Positions 24,202 to 36,489 of a DNA stretch of 64,000 nucleotides are shown piece by piece (the first letter of the stretch is position 1; every line of letters begins with the position of its first letter). This DNA is from Podarcis gaigeae. Its lineage: Eukaryota. Both the position numbers and the translations under genes were made by a program. The DNA lies in the NCBI GenBank assembly GCA_964106915.2, contig OZ066916.1; one strand, 5' to 3'. A model generated the notes under the pieces. The model did not search any database and had not been told where the DNA came from. It was given only the letters and a program-made list of their open reading frames with translations.

Positions 24202-24376
24202 GTACACACTGGTGGATATTTTGCGTGCCATACTTCTTTCCTTAGAAGCCATGATTGAGGATCCTGAACTTCAAGTAAATGGATTTGTTTTGATTATAGA
24301 CTGGAGCAACTTCACTTTCAAACAGGCTTCTAAACTGACACCAAGTATGCTTCGATTAGCCATAGAAGGCCTTCAG
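24202..24376 (+). CDS. CLVS2: Clavesin-2, second coding exon
   Basis: Acceptor ttgacag|G; reads (R)[58 protein letters not shown]; donor CAG|GTAAAA; 175 nt, restores phase 0. Confidence 0.98.
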
Positions 24377-24929
24377 GTAAAAAACTTTTTTTAAAGCATT
24401 ACTCGTATATCTCCTAATCTTCCCTCCTCCTCACCCCAACCCCATCCTCCCAGTTGGTGTGGTTCCATGCTAAAAACAGAACCAGAAGAATATAAATTCA
24501 AACAATCCAGTAATTGAAATGTTAGGCTATATATTCATTTCTCTCAATTTGTGACCTAACTGAAGAATAATCAAGTGGTTGTTTATTTTATGGCTGAGAA
24601 ACTGAGTCTCATATTTGATGGTTGCCTCAAAACATGCAGTTCTAAATTATTATTGAGGGAAGAGAAAGAACAAAAACTCCCAAAGGAGGCAGAGTTGGAT
24701 TCCTGATGGATGTTGTGCGTTGTCCAGCCAAAGCAAGTTCCTCTTCAATAGTGGTATTAACTTTGGGATTCGCAAATGTGGAGTATAAGTTCATTGCCTA
24801 TGAACTTGTTTGGAGTCTTCCCTCTGTGTTGTGTCTGTCTCACCTTTACGTGGGGCACATACTAGTCTGGATTGCAGCAGTTGACCTCTTGTGGGTGGGG
24901 AAGAGCATCTAAATGCAGGGAGGTGGAGT

Positions 24930-25174
24930 CAGTGGCATAGCTTCAAGCTCTGGCAGGGGGGCGGAGAACAGGTGGGGGCGTGGCTGGCGTGCATCCTGGG
25001 GGTGTGACACGCCGCCCGCAGGGGCGTAGCGTATGTCCTGGGGGTGTGGCGCGCATTCTGGGGACGTGGCGTGCCACCTGCGGGGGTACGGGGGGGCAGC
25101 CGCGATGGCACCCCACTAGGATTGTGCCACCGGAGGTGGTGCGCTCCCCCCGCACCCCTGTTCCTCCACTAGTG
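24930..25174. mobile_element. GC/CpG-rich hAT-like non-autonomous insertion
   Basis: Perfect 8-bp TSD GGTGGAGT (24922-24929 and 25175-25182); CAGTGG.../...CCACTAGTG ends; internal repeats of CCTGGGGGTGTG(A/G)C. Confidence 0.75.
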
Positions 25175-27167
25175 GGTGGAGTAGATGGCATTTTGGCCTC
25201 TTCCTTCTGTAACTCATGTTTTTTCACTGATATCTTTTCTAATAACACAGAATAAGTTGGTTGTGCTAGTTGCTATGTATCACATGTAAGAAAACTGAAA
25301 TTAACCCCCCCTCCAACAAACCTATAATTTAACAGATGTGCTACATTAGGTTTCTGGTGTGTTGTGAGGAGAGAGACAGAACACATAACTGGATATCCAT
25401 GCTTGTATGAATGGTTGCAGAATTAATTTTACACTGGCCACGCTTTGGCCACCACAGGACTCTGGAGATGCATTTCTGAGATAGTGAAGATCTTACTTTC
25501 AGTATGCAAAATGTCATTCCTTGCAAGCTTCCCACTTTGTCTGTTTCTAAGCATTGCTCAGCACATGAGTTGTGTGTGTGTGTATTGCACAGCCCTGCCA
25601 GCTGCCACCATGGCCTTGAGTAATGCACAGTGGCCCTGTTTCATGTGGTGAATAAATGCTTCACAGCATTTATTTGGGAGGTAGGAAATTTGCTACTGGG
25701 ACATTGACCGCTGTGGTGAAAGTAATGTCTAGATTGGCTAAAACATATCTTCATGTCCTCAGGATAGAGTTCTGAGGTGGCCTCAGTAGTTCACAAACCA
25801 CATGGAGAGCTTATTGTTTGTAGTTTCAGGCTATTCAGTAAACTGGCTGTCACCACACACCCAGTTCTCTCAATTTTCTACCATGTTTAGGAGTGGGGTG
25901 ATTCTTGCCCTGTGGGCAACAGAAAATGAGTTCATTAGTGTGGTTAGAGGCACCACAGCACAATGTTTTCAGAGGCCACTATGCAGTAAATGGTTGTGTG
26001 ATTCAACCCTGTATCTTGAGAGTTTGCTGATACCTTAATGCTTAATGGAGGTTGCTGTGAGCTTTTTCTTAGCCATTAACTGCATACTTGATTAAAGTTA
26101 TCTATAGGTTAAAGTGCTTCTCTTGCAATGTTAAATCATTGAATCATGGTACATAAGTGCTTTATGTTCTATTTAATAAATGCAAAACTATCTTCATTAA
26201 AGCAAATGTTTATCTAAGAGGGAACTGAATTTTTATATCCAAATATTGAGGTTTTTTTGCCTCATTTCTTACTGCAGTCAGTTCTGCTTTTACTCGAGGA
26301 AATGCTTTCATTCCCTTACATTTCAAGCTCTGAAATGTTTTTATGACTCCTATAAAGCAAATGAGCAACCATCTCTATGAGCTTTTATGCGCTCTGATAT
26401 TGCAGTCAATTTTAGCAGGGCCTGCCAGAATTTTCATTGTTCTTCTGTAGAGTTATGATCTAAGGCCACTTTCCCATGTTGATTCTACACCCAATATATA
26501 TCAGGCTAATGAAATGGATTCACATGTCCCTGGACTTGACATAAGACTGTTAGATAAATGCCAGGCTGGTTGAGGAAATGCACATTACTTTAGGACTGGG
26601 GCAAAAATGACTCATTTCTCACCCTCATCCCTGAGTGCAGAAAGTCACTTTCCATTTCTGGAAACTTTAGACACGCTTATTTGTTCTTCTGGGCACCATT
26701 TTCCTGCTTCTGTGCCCACTCTAGCCCTCTTCAGGTCTTCTAGCTTCTGTATAGAAGAACATAGGAGCAGGGCTGCACTCAGTAGCCCTGCCTCTAATAT
26801 GATGCAAACTGAGAAGTCAGTCTGCTGGTATCCACACATAGAGAGTAGATGTTTGTGGGAAAAGTGCCTCCCCATGCATACAGCTGGATGTACAAACATC
26901 TACAGATGTTCTCACTGTTTGCACAGATGTTGGGAGAGGGCCTTCCCAGAACACATGATATTAGGAGGGGGATACTACTTGGCCTGTTCCTGCTCCTGTG
27001 TCACTGCATGAGTGAGCTAGAATGCCTGAAGGGGGCTACTGTATTTTGCCCTGTTTGCCTACCCGGTTGTTTAATCTGGTTGGTGGTGGTAAGCCATGTG
27101 ATGTCACCATAGTATTCTGACATGATGATGCCACAGACACATTGAAACAAAATCATCTGAGTCCATA

Positions 27168-27409
27168 CAGTGGTACCTTGGGTTACATACGCTTCAGGTT
27201 ACATACACTTCAGGTTACAGACTCCACTAACCCAGAAATAGTACCTTGGGTTAAGAACTTTGCTTCAGGATGAGAACAGAAATCGTGCTCTGGCGGCGCG
27301 GCAGCAGCAGGAGGCCCCATTAGCTAAAGTGGTGCTTCAGGTTAAGAACAGTTTCAGGTTAAGTACGGACCTCCGGAACGAATTAAATACTTAATCTGAG
27401 GTACCACTG
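27168..27409. mobile_element. Tigger-type MITE, family A copy 3
   Basis: Same TIRs, TA TSD, 242 bp. Confidence 0.9.
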
Positions 27410-27565
27410 TAAGTTTATATGACATTGTGGGAAAATCAGAAAGGAAATAGTGTTCAGGAAACAACCAGAAGAACAAAAGGAGCAGCATGGAAACAATGGG
27501 ATGTGCACATCACATGGCAAGAAAAGGAAAGGAACCAGTTTATAAATGTTCTTTTTTTTCTGTTA

Positions 27566-27691
27566 CAGATAGGTAGCCGTGTTGGTCTGCCATAGTCAAA
27601 ACAAAAAAAATTCCTTCCAGTAGCACCTTAAAGACCAACTATGTTAGTTCTTGGTATGAGCTTTCGTGTGCATGCACACTTCTTCAGATAC
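27566..27691 (-). mobile_element. Penelope-like element terminal fragment
   Basis: aggtagccgtgttggtctg...ccagtagcaccttaaagaccaac...ttggtatgagctttcgtgtgcatgcacacttcttcagatac; same family as 1918-2081; carries the hammerhead motif typical of PLE terminal repeats. Confidence 0.7.
27654..27691 (-). ncRNA. Minimal type I hammerhead ribozyme motif (Penelope-like element associated)
   Basis: Minus strand reads GTAT-CTGAAGA-A-GTGTGCATGCACAC-GAAA-GCTC-ATAC: stem I GUAU/AUAC, CUGAnGA box, stem II hairpin, GAAA box, palindromic AGCU mini stem III, cleavage predicted after the final UC. Confidence 0.75.
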
Positions 27692-29275
27692 AGAGCAGGT
27701 TAGAAAAGTACAGATGGGAGATACTGAAAAAGGAGCATAACCAATAAGTACACATGGCGTATTTGCTGTCTTGATAAACAGCTACGCTATTTAATCAGTG
27801 GAATTGTATTTGCTTTGGCTTACAAGACTTTGACGAGATCACATGGCAGCTGAGGAAGAAAAAAACCTAGCACTCTAGTAAATTAATTGCTCTTACAGAA
27901 AAAGAAAAAGACACAGAGATGGGTGGACGGGCGACTCCAACAGACTAGCACAGGCTGTTTAACACTAAGTGCACCTGTATACCAAATCAGCCTGCTTAAA
28001 GATAGCCAACATTTTGTACAGACTCCCATTATCTCTGATTGTTGTCCATATTAGCTGGGGCTGATGGGAGTTGGAGTCCATCTGGAGGCCACCACATTGC
28101 CAGTCCCTGATCAGCAGTGACCAGCTGCAGTTCTAACCCCACTAACCTGGAAGTGAGGTCTGTCGAGGACTTCTGATTGTGCATGATGAGGATTGTACTG
28201 TTATTCCAAAAAATGATTGGAATGCATACTGAGTGACTCTTTGGTGACCTTCTTTCCTGCAAGGTACAGAAGCACCTTGGTTGTGTGTGAGAGATAAGGG
28301 ATAAATACATGGGTCCTCCAAGGTGCCCTATTGTCTTGTCTCACTTTCTGGACCCACATGCATGATTTCCCTCTGGATGTCATTAGGCAATATTTGGTCC
28401 ACCTCTACCTAATTACGTTGTATGGATGACATTTGAATTCCAGAAACATTTCATGAGTTGAAAAATAATTTCATACAAGTGAAAGTGTAGAGTTTGGTGC
28501 TCTTCTTTGAAGGACAGCTTGTTGTTTCATGGTTCTTCATTTTCATTGCTTAGCTCAGAAAAAATCTTGCTCTTTGTGTAGTATGGTAAGCAGTGTCATT
28601 AATCTGATCAATTTTGGAAGTCAATCTGCATAGAAAGCCAGATTCTGAGTGTTGTGATAAACAAATGTGGGGGTTTGAACTCTGTTCTCTCAAAAACAAC
28701 AGGCATGTTGATCAGAGGTGAAGATTGAGGCCACATTTTCTTCTAGGCTGTCTTATACCAGTGCTGGGCAAGGCGAGACGTCAACATGAATAGATGCAAG
28801 AGGTCGAGCGATGGGCTTACGCTATGCTCCGTGCTATGGAGCTTGTGGAGTTGAGTCAGTATGGGAGAACTCATTCATTGTGTCTCCTTCTGCATCATAG
28901 GGATTATAATAAAGTGCATTTTCATGTAAAAACCTACCACAAGACTCTGAAGCAGTGCTTTGGCAAAAAAAGAAAGAAAAGTGTATCAAATTGTATTGAA
29001 GCTTTGTAGGTAACCTGGATTGAAAGTGTGGCGGCTCTACTGTTGAAACAAAAATCACACTGGAGCTTGTTTGTTTGTAGCAAATAGTTTTCAAATAGTG
29101 TAAAAGTCTTAAGCACTTACTGCTGCCTGAGCAGGCCACAATGAAGCCAGACAGATCTGATGTTGAGCAGTTCCATGTTGTTGCAGTGGTCGTTACACAG
29201 GATTGGGCTCCCAAGTCCCCTCTTGCCCAGCTCCCCTGCCTTCGGGGGTTGGTGAAGGAGGTCTTCTTGTCTGTA

Positions 29276-29501
29276 CAGTGGTACCTCAGGTTACAAATGC
29301 TTTGGGTTACAAACTCCGCTAACCCGGAAGTAGTTACCTCGGGTTGCAAACTTTGCCCCAGGATGAGAATAGAAATTGTGCGCTGGCAGTATGCTGGCAG
29401 CGGGAGGCCCCATTAGCGAAAGTGCGCCTCAGGTTAAGAATGGTTTCGGGTTAAGAACGGACCTCTGGAACGAATTAAGTTCTTAACCCGAGGTACCACT
29501 G
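29276..29501. mobile_element. Tigger-type MITE, family A copy 4 (variant subfamily)
   Basis: Same TIRs, TA TSD, 226 bp. Confidence 0.9.
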
Positions 29502-29869
29502 TATTATTAATGCACCCAACGGCTAACAAGCCTAGTGTTTAAAAATCTGTCCCTGTTTCCTTTCCCCTTTTTATGTTATTACATGTAATTGGCCTTCACA
29601 CATCGCTGAGCATTTCCAAGGAAGTCTGCTAATTAATTAAAGCAAAAATTACTTAATAGGGATCCTTTTAAGAACATACAGCTCTTCCTTGCATGAAAAT
29701 ATTGTGATGTTAATTAACACTTCCATAATTTCACACGCATAGGAGAAGCTCTGCGTGTCATGGCGCTTCCTGTTGTCTGTATAACTGAGTGAAGAACACG
29801 GACTTACACCATGATCCCTGCCCCACACTTCCAACACCCTAGCTACTGGGAATACTAGAATTTTCTTCC

Positions 29870-30220
29870 AATTCTCAGGAACCTTTTTCAGCCCAAGGGC
29901 CACATTCCCTTCCATGCAACCTTCCGGGGGCCACATGCCAGTGGTGGGCAGGGCCAGGGGCAAAAGTGGGCACAGCAACAAATGGGAATGTGATATTTGT
30001 TTCTTCACACACTTGCACACCCCTCGCTATCCTGCAACCAGGCGAGCAAGAAGTGTTCCAGCTGCACAAAACTGGGCACTCAAAGAAGATACAAAAGCAT
30101 AGCCAGTAAGGGGTGTGGCATGGGAACAAGAGTGTGGCCTGGAGAGAATCCCAAGGGCCAGACAGAGAGGCTTGGAGGGCCACATTTGGCCCCTGGGCCT
30201 GAAGTTCCCAATCATCCCTG
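29870..30220. mobile_element. Old hAT non-autonomous element
   Basis: GGAACCTTTTTCAGCCCAAGGGCCACATT ... GGGCCACATTTGGCCCCTGGGCCTGAAGTTCCC...CCCTG, typical hAT-Charlie subterminal motifs. Confidence 0.6.
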
Positions 30221-30674
30221 ATCTGCTTTCATATTCCCCTTTCTATCCCCACTTCTCCCCTCTCTCAGTGCTGAGTGCTTGGCACCTCCCGCAGGGCCCG
30301 TATTTAGTAGTTATATTCTCAAGGGCTGATGGGTTATTTGAGAATTGTCCAGCATCATACTGATTCCCAGGTACCTCTGTGCATCTCAACGGGATTCATT
30401 TATACTTCCCCCTCACCCCTGACCCCTGCTTTCCCGCCATTATGTTGTTGAGATAAGTTTGATATTTGAAATCCTCCTTAGAGAATGGCATTCAGCATGA
30501 CGCTTTGGTTCATGGATGGCTGGGACAAGGGGGCAGCCAGGCCTGTTCTGTGCTCTCTTTCTCCTGGTTTTGCTGAGCTTACTGGCTTGTTGCTCACATT
30601 ATGTCGCAGCATCAAAGGTTAGCGATGAGCTAGCAGATCAACACACTGGATGGATTTCTGTGAAGGTAGCAGTT

Positions 30675-30760
30675 TAATAAAAGGTGTTTGTGTACTATAT
30701 CTATCTATAATAAAAGGTGTTTGTGTACTATATCTATCTGTAATGTGGCACTCTGACTAT

Positions 30761-30812
<52 letters not shown>

Positions 30813-30833
30813 GATAGTCAGAGTGCCACATTA
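30675..30833. repeat. 33-bp tandem duplication followed by a 23-bp perfect inverted repeat enclosing (TA)n
   Basis: TAATAAAAGGTGTTTGTGTACTATATCTATCT x2 (30675-30706, 30708-30739); TAATGTGGCACTCTGACTATCCT (30741-30763) / AGGATAGTCAGAGTGCCACATTA (30811-30833). Confidence 0.92.
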
Positions 30834-30892
30834 TTAACATGTCTGTGTCAAGCTGATATTTAACTATTTGAGGCACAGTAAAAGGAGGGGGA

Positions 30893-31256
30893 GGGACGCA
30901 GGTGGCGCTGTGGGTTAAAGCCTCAGCGCCTAGGACTTGCTGATTGAAAGGTCGGCGGTTCGAATCCCTGCGGCGGGGTGCGCTCCCGCTGCTCGGTCCC
31001 AGCGCCTGCCAACCTAGCAGTTCAAAAGCACCTCCAGGTGCAAGTAGATAAATAGGGACCGCTTACCAGCGGGAAGGTAAACGGCGTTTCCGTGTGCGGC
31101 TCTGGCTCGCCAGAGCAGCGATGTCACGCTGGCCACGTGACCCGGAAGTGTCTCCGGACAGCGCTGGCCCCTGGCCTCTTGAGTGAGATGGGCGCACAAC
31201 CCCAGAGTCTGTCAAGACTGGCCCGTACAGGCAGGGGTACCTTTACCTTTACCTTT
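30893..31256 (+). mobile_element. Sauria SINE (Squam1), full length, young, intronic
   Basis: GGGACGCAGGTGGCGCTGTGGGTTAAAG...GGTTCGAATCC...(ACCTTT)3; 13-bp TSD AAAAGGAGGGGGA (30880-30892 and 31257-31269). Confidence 0.93.
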
Positions 31257-34200
31257 AAAAGGAGGGGGAGGGAAAAGGATATCCAGTTTAGGTTGCCATC
31301 CTTCTAAGGGAGCAATCCTAACTGAACACAATGGGATTTTCTTCTGAGCAAACATGCATAGAATTGCACGCTGTGGATATGTAAACAAATCATGTGATAG
31401 GACTACCTTTTTAAAAATCACTTCAAATGAGGGAAGGGAAAATAGGGAATGCTCTAGGTGTCATAAATTGATCGTGGGTGGACTCGCTAGACAGAATCAT
31501 GGTTTTTTACATCTTTGTTTGGAAACACATGTTGGGAGGGGGGAAACTTGCTCTCTTTAAGGGCATATTTAATGTTACCCAAAGGCAGAAGGCAAATGCC
31601 AGAAGTTCTTTTTAAAATTATTATTATTCCATCTCTTTGGAAGTATCTTAAAGCGAAACCAGAGAAATGCTAAAGCTGCAATTTAGATTTGAGTTACAGA
31701 AAATGTATTAGAAAAATAGAGCAAGTTTGTTTTTAAGAAGCTAAGCTTACCAGGGTTGTCATTTGGTGAAGTCCTTTCTGGGATCTGCTGCAACAGATTA
31801 AAAACAAAAACCAAAGTAGGCACAGTGATACAATACTGCAGCTCTTCATTTGTATGCTGACAGATGGGAGAATGTATTGTTCATGCCTGAGAGGGACAAG
31901 GAAGGACTGTCTGGGTTTGCACTTACAGTAGCTTTCTCTACATTTTGAGCCTTTTTTGTGTAAATATAATTCTATCTATTCCCCAAAATGATTTTGTAAA
32001 AGGCTGGCATAGGCAATGGGAAAGAATCTGTATTTTATCTCAGCTACTCAATTTGTATTCATGTTTGTCTAAGGTAAACCTTCCTTGCTTTTACTTGCTG
32101 GGTTTTGATATGATAAGGTATATAATTTTGAAAAGGGTTCCTGCATCTTTATCTTTGTCCAGTGACAACCTATCATCAAACACATACATCCATGAACTCC
32201 CATTTCTTTTCTAGTCTATTGAATGGAAAGGGAAGTAATCATCACTCTTGTCAATGAGCAATTAATTACTATTGCTTGTTCTCCTGTAATGGCATAAAAA
32301 ACCATGCTGATGACATTAATGGCTGTTATTCAAGCCAGGCTAATTAGCAGTTCTGGTCTAAGGTAATGTTGAGTTGCAAGGAAAATCATGTCAGAGTAAT
32401 GCTGGAAATATTGTCAGTTATCAGCATAGTTCTCTGTATACTTGGATGCCAAGCAGCTCCTCACTTAAGCTGACAGTTACCATGGTGAGCCTTGATCAGT
32501 TAGTATGCAAACATGCATTAAATTGTGGTACAGGAGAATAAACACAGATCTGAGATGCTTAAAGCGGGAGGCGAATAGTTGTGAACTATGTGAAGAAAAT
32601 TGCTCCATTTCTCCCCCCCCCTTTCTAACTCATAATGTTTCCAAAGGGCAGCCAGCAGGTTTTTAAGATACAATAGAAAACTTGAAAATAGACAATTTAA
32701 AAAAGTAATCTGCCATTCAAACAACCCCCTGCTCTTCCCTGACTGCTAAATGACTGATCAAATTAGGCTTCATGTTGGTTCTAGAGCAGATTTTGGTTGG
32801 ATTTTCTTAGCCACCTGAAGAAAAAGAGTCACCTAATGAACTTTCCACAATTGGATTTGCTTCTCTGGGGGCACCACACAGAGACCTCTCTCTCTCTCTC
32901 TTTTTTTAAATTGTTTTATTTATACACAGAGACCTCTCTCAATTGACAGTAAAGTTTGTAACCAATTGTAGGGAAGGAAATGATTTTTTAATTTTTTTTA
33001 GTTCCTCCAAATCAAGCAGGTCAGAATTGTTGTAGCTTTGACCTCAAAGGCAACGTTCAGGCATATTGATTTCTAAAAAGAGAAACTGGAACCTGGAGAA
33101 AATGAGTGATAGGTTTCAAAGTTTGGTTTGATTTTCTTTGAAAAATACGAAGGACGGCAACATTCAATTTGTTCTGTTAGGGTTTATAGATGGGGGCTTG
33201 GCCTGCTGTCAGAAACTATGGAGCAATCAGACAATGCACTATTGGGGTTTTATTGCTATTTTCCTCTTCTGCTTTTCAGGAAATGGGGAGGAGGACAGGT
33301 ACACTGAATTGTTTTCTGGCCTGTTGGCAACCATACTACAATTACATGGTGGGGGTGGTTGCAAATTAGCCAGTCGAATAGATTGCAGATGGACTTGGTG
33401 GAGCAGAAATTATACAAATCTGTAGCAGGGAAATGACTTTGTAGAGCTGTGACCTCAGTGCTTAAGAAGCAGAGCAGAAATGTAGTGGTAGCAACAGAAT
33501 CCAGGAAATATGCATAGATTAGGTGACACCTGGAAATAAGATTTCATTGTTGAGAAAATAGCTAAGGGTTATATCCAACACTACAGTTGCACTTGCTCAA
33601 CAGACCTCGGCTTGTACAACAGAACTTCCTGTCATCCCTCTCCTCTGCATTTCCTTTCCTCTCAAAATCTTCTCCAGAGCGTGGGCAGACCCTTCGGAAC
33701 CTGTTTTGGGAGCAAACAAAAAGTGGAGAGAAAGAGAGAGCTCTGTTGTGCAAAGAGAACTATGCATGTTCAGCACCGGACACAATTCTTAAGTACTTGC
33801 CTGTTGTTTTAGAGTACAATCTTATGCAGGCAAGTACTCATAAGTAAGTCTTTTTATATTCAGTTGGGCTTGCTTCCAGGTAAAAGTCTTCGGCTACAAT
33901 CCTGTACCCCACTGCTTCTTTTTCTGAGAATATATTTATTTGTTGGTGCTGTTTAACATAGATGGTTGGACAACAACTCAGCATTTTATTGTTTCCCTCC
34001 AATATCCATTCACCTCGAAACATGGCCATGAAGGACACAATAAATCCCTCTTTTTCCTCCATAAGAATGATGGATTTTCTTTTGCTTTCACTCACATTAA
34101 TGATGACAAAAAGCCTCTATAATTTTTATTGCTCTGTGTAGGAGAGTAGCACTGAAGGAAACCTTTATGTAAGTGTAACAGAAGAATTATTTAATGACCG

Positions 34201-34543
34201 TATTACTTATTTATTAATATCTTGTGGACCCAGTCTAAGCTTTCAGCTCTTAGACTCTGCGTTCAAATGTTATGATTCCTACAAGAGGGTTTTTTCTGTG
34301 TGTGGCATATATATGATGTAGTTTATATAAGGGCATGTTAACCTGTCAGCATACTCCGTTTAAGCATACTGCTGCTTTGAAAAACGACATAGTTTTCAAA
34401 CAGCTATATATCTACATTTATTTCTGTGAATAAAAACAAGCTGAAGGAGCTTTGTTCTATCCAGTATTTAGTTCTATTTTTGAGTTGCAGAACCCGTTCA
34501 AAGACCTGCTGAGATATTTTTTGTGTGGACACACACACAAACA

Positions 34544-34546
<3 letters not shown>

Positions 34547-34582
<36 letters not shown>
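34547..34582. repeat. (GA)n microsatellite
   Basis: Directly visible. Confidence 0.95.
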
Positions 34583-34584
<2 letters not shown>

Positions 34585-36459
34585 TTTGTGTACAAATTAC
34601 TGAGTATAATTATTATAAATTATGTTTATATTTATACTTTTTGTTCTGCCACAGGATGTTTTTTATATGCATGTTATATGCATTATGAAAACCATCCATG
34701 TCCATTTGGGGATGAACACTTTTAAGCCTAGATATTGGTGTTTTTGGTCAACCCCCACCCATATCTGTATAAAAACTTCATGATTAGAGTAAATTTAAAA
34801 CTTGTCTAAATGCAAGATGTTTCAATCCTCTTCAGTTCCAGTACAGACATCCAAATGAGGATGGTAATTATTTTCAAAAATCATTAAGAATCCATAGGGT
34901 CATCGCTTTCAGATATGGTGCCAAGACAATGTTTAGGCTTGGCACTCTCCAAACATTCCCTCAGAGCTTCTTTGTTCATACAATATCTAGCAGTCATGTT
35001 TGCACCACCTACACTAATGCTGCAATGGGGGTTTCCTGCAGGAAACATATATAGCAGGGATGAGGGACCTGTGGTGCTCCAGATATTGGTGGTCTACTGC
35101 TGCAGTCACCTGTGATCATTGTTTGAGGCTGGTGGGAGTTGGAGTCAACACCTGGAAGGTCGCAGGTTCTTTGTCCAAGATACATAGTGTGGAGGGCTGG
35201 TGTGCATCTCTAAATATTAAAGAACAGACATTAGGAAGCCATGATTTGATGCTGCTCCCTTACACACATCCACTATGCTCATTCAATTCAACCAACCTAT
35301 TCAAGCCCTGAACAGGGTTCAAGATGATCACCATTAGATCTATGTGAGTTGGCGTGTAGCATTAGCCTGAGGTTCTTTCATGTCAGTTACTTCGTGACTT
35401 TCATCAAACTTAACAAATTCAAATGACAACAACCGAGAAAACCTGAACATTTTGTTTATTGACTGACCACTGGGCTTTCCGCAACTACTCTTTGGGTGTC
35501 TCCAAGCGATAGATTTGTCCCTTTAAAAACTTGCCCTCACTAATGGGCAATATATTAATGTGATTAGATTTTCCTGTGATGGTCTGATTTGTGAATGACA
35601 CTTCCAAAGCCAAGCAATCATATGATAATGAACAGTGCATGAGCTCATGTTGTGTGAATGAGCTTGAAGAAACTAAGCATAATTAAGTGAACGTTCATCA
35701 TCTGGAATAGTTCAGGGTGAATTCATACTTGCACTTTCCAACAGCAGTAAATTAGTCCAGTATTAAAGTACCTTACTCTGGACTTTCCACACAGCCAAAT
35801 CAGTAGGGATCTGGCTAGCAATATAGACAGTAATGAGGTGAAACACAACATTGTTGGAGTTACTGCTGGAATAAAGTGATGCTGTTTGATTGCATAGATG
35901 CAAACACACAACCCTTGGTGGTTTTCCACCTTTCCTTCCAAACAAGTTTCAGTATATATTTCCACAATAGAGGGTGATTTCTTTTGAATGCAAGACGAGC
36001 TATATGGTGTGCATTTGTTAATATTTATTATTTATCAGGTATTTAGACAGTAGATTGGAACAGCTACTAATCTCTGTAATTATGTATTTAAACAGCAGGC
36101 GATAACAGCTCCAGAACAACCATTAAAACCTGTCTAATCAATAGTGTGCAACTTTCTGAATGTTTACTGATTTAAAGCCCATAAACTCATAAATGTAATA
36201 CTGCTGGGACAGCAGTCTGTGCATTTTAAATTCAGGCGTGCAGCTGCAGATACGATCTTCAGACAAAATCTGTGCTGTTCAAATTGCTGTCAGCAGTTAG
36301 AACAGGCCACTCAGAATGCTTCAGGGAGTTCAGTGTGCCAGAAAAGTTGTTGCAGGATCACTAGGCTAATGGACATAGCCCATTTGTGTCTTCTGGGCAT
36401 GCAGTTACCATCCAGCAGCCTTTAGATATCAGTCTGTCTTAGTTATGTGATTGGTGCAT

Positions 36460-36489
36460 TTCAGCACCTCCAGGGCTCTGGACAGAGCA
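36460..36489 (+). promoter_or_regulatory. Candidate non-canonical (long-spacer) RE1/NRSE
   Basis: TTCAGCACC + 11-nt spacer + GGACAGAGC; both half-sites match the REST consensus. Confidence 0.45.
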
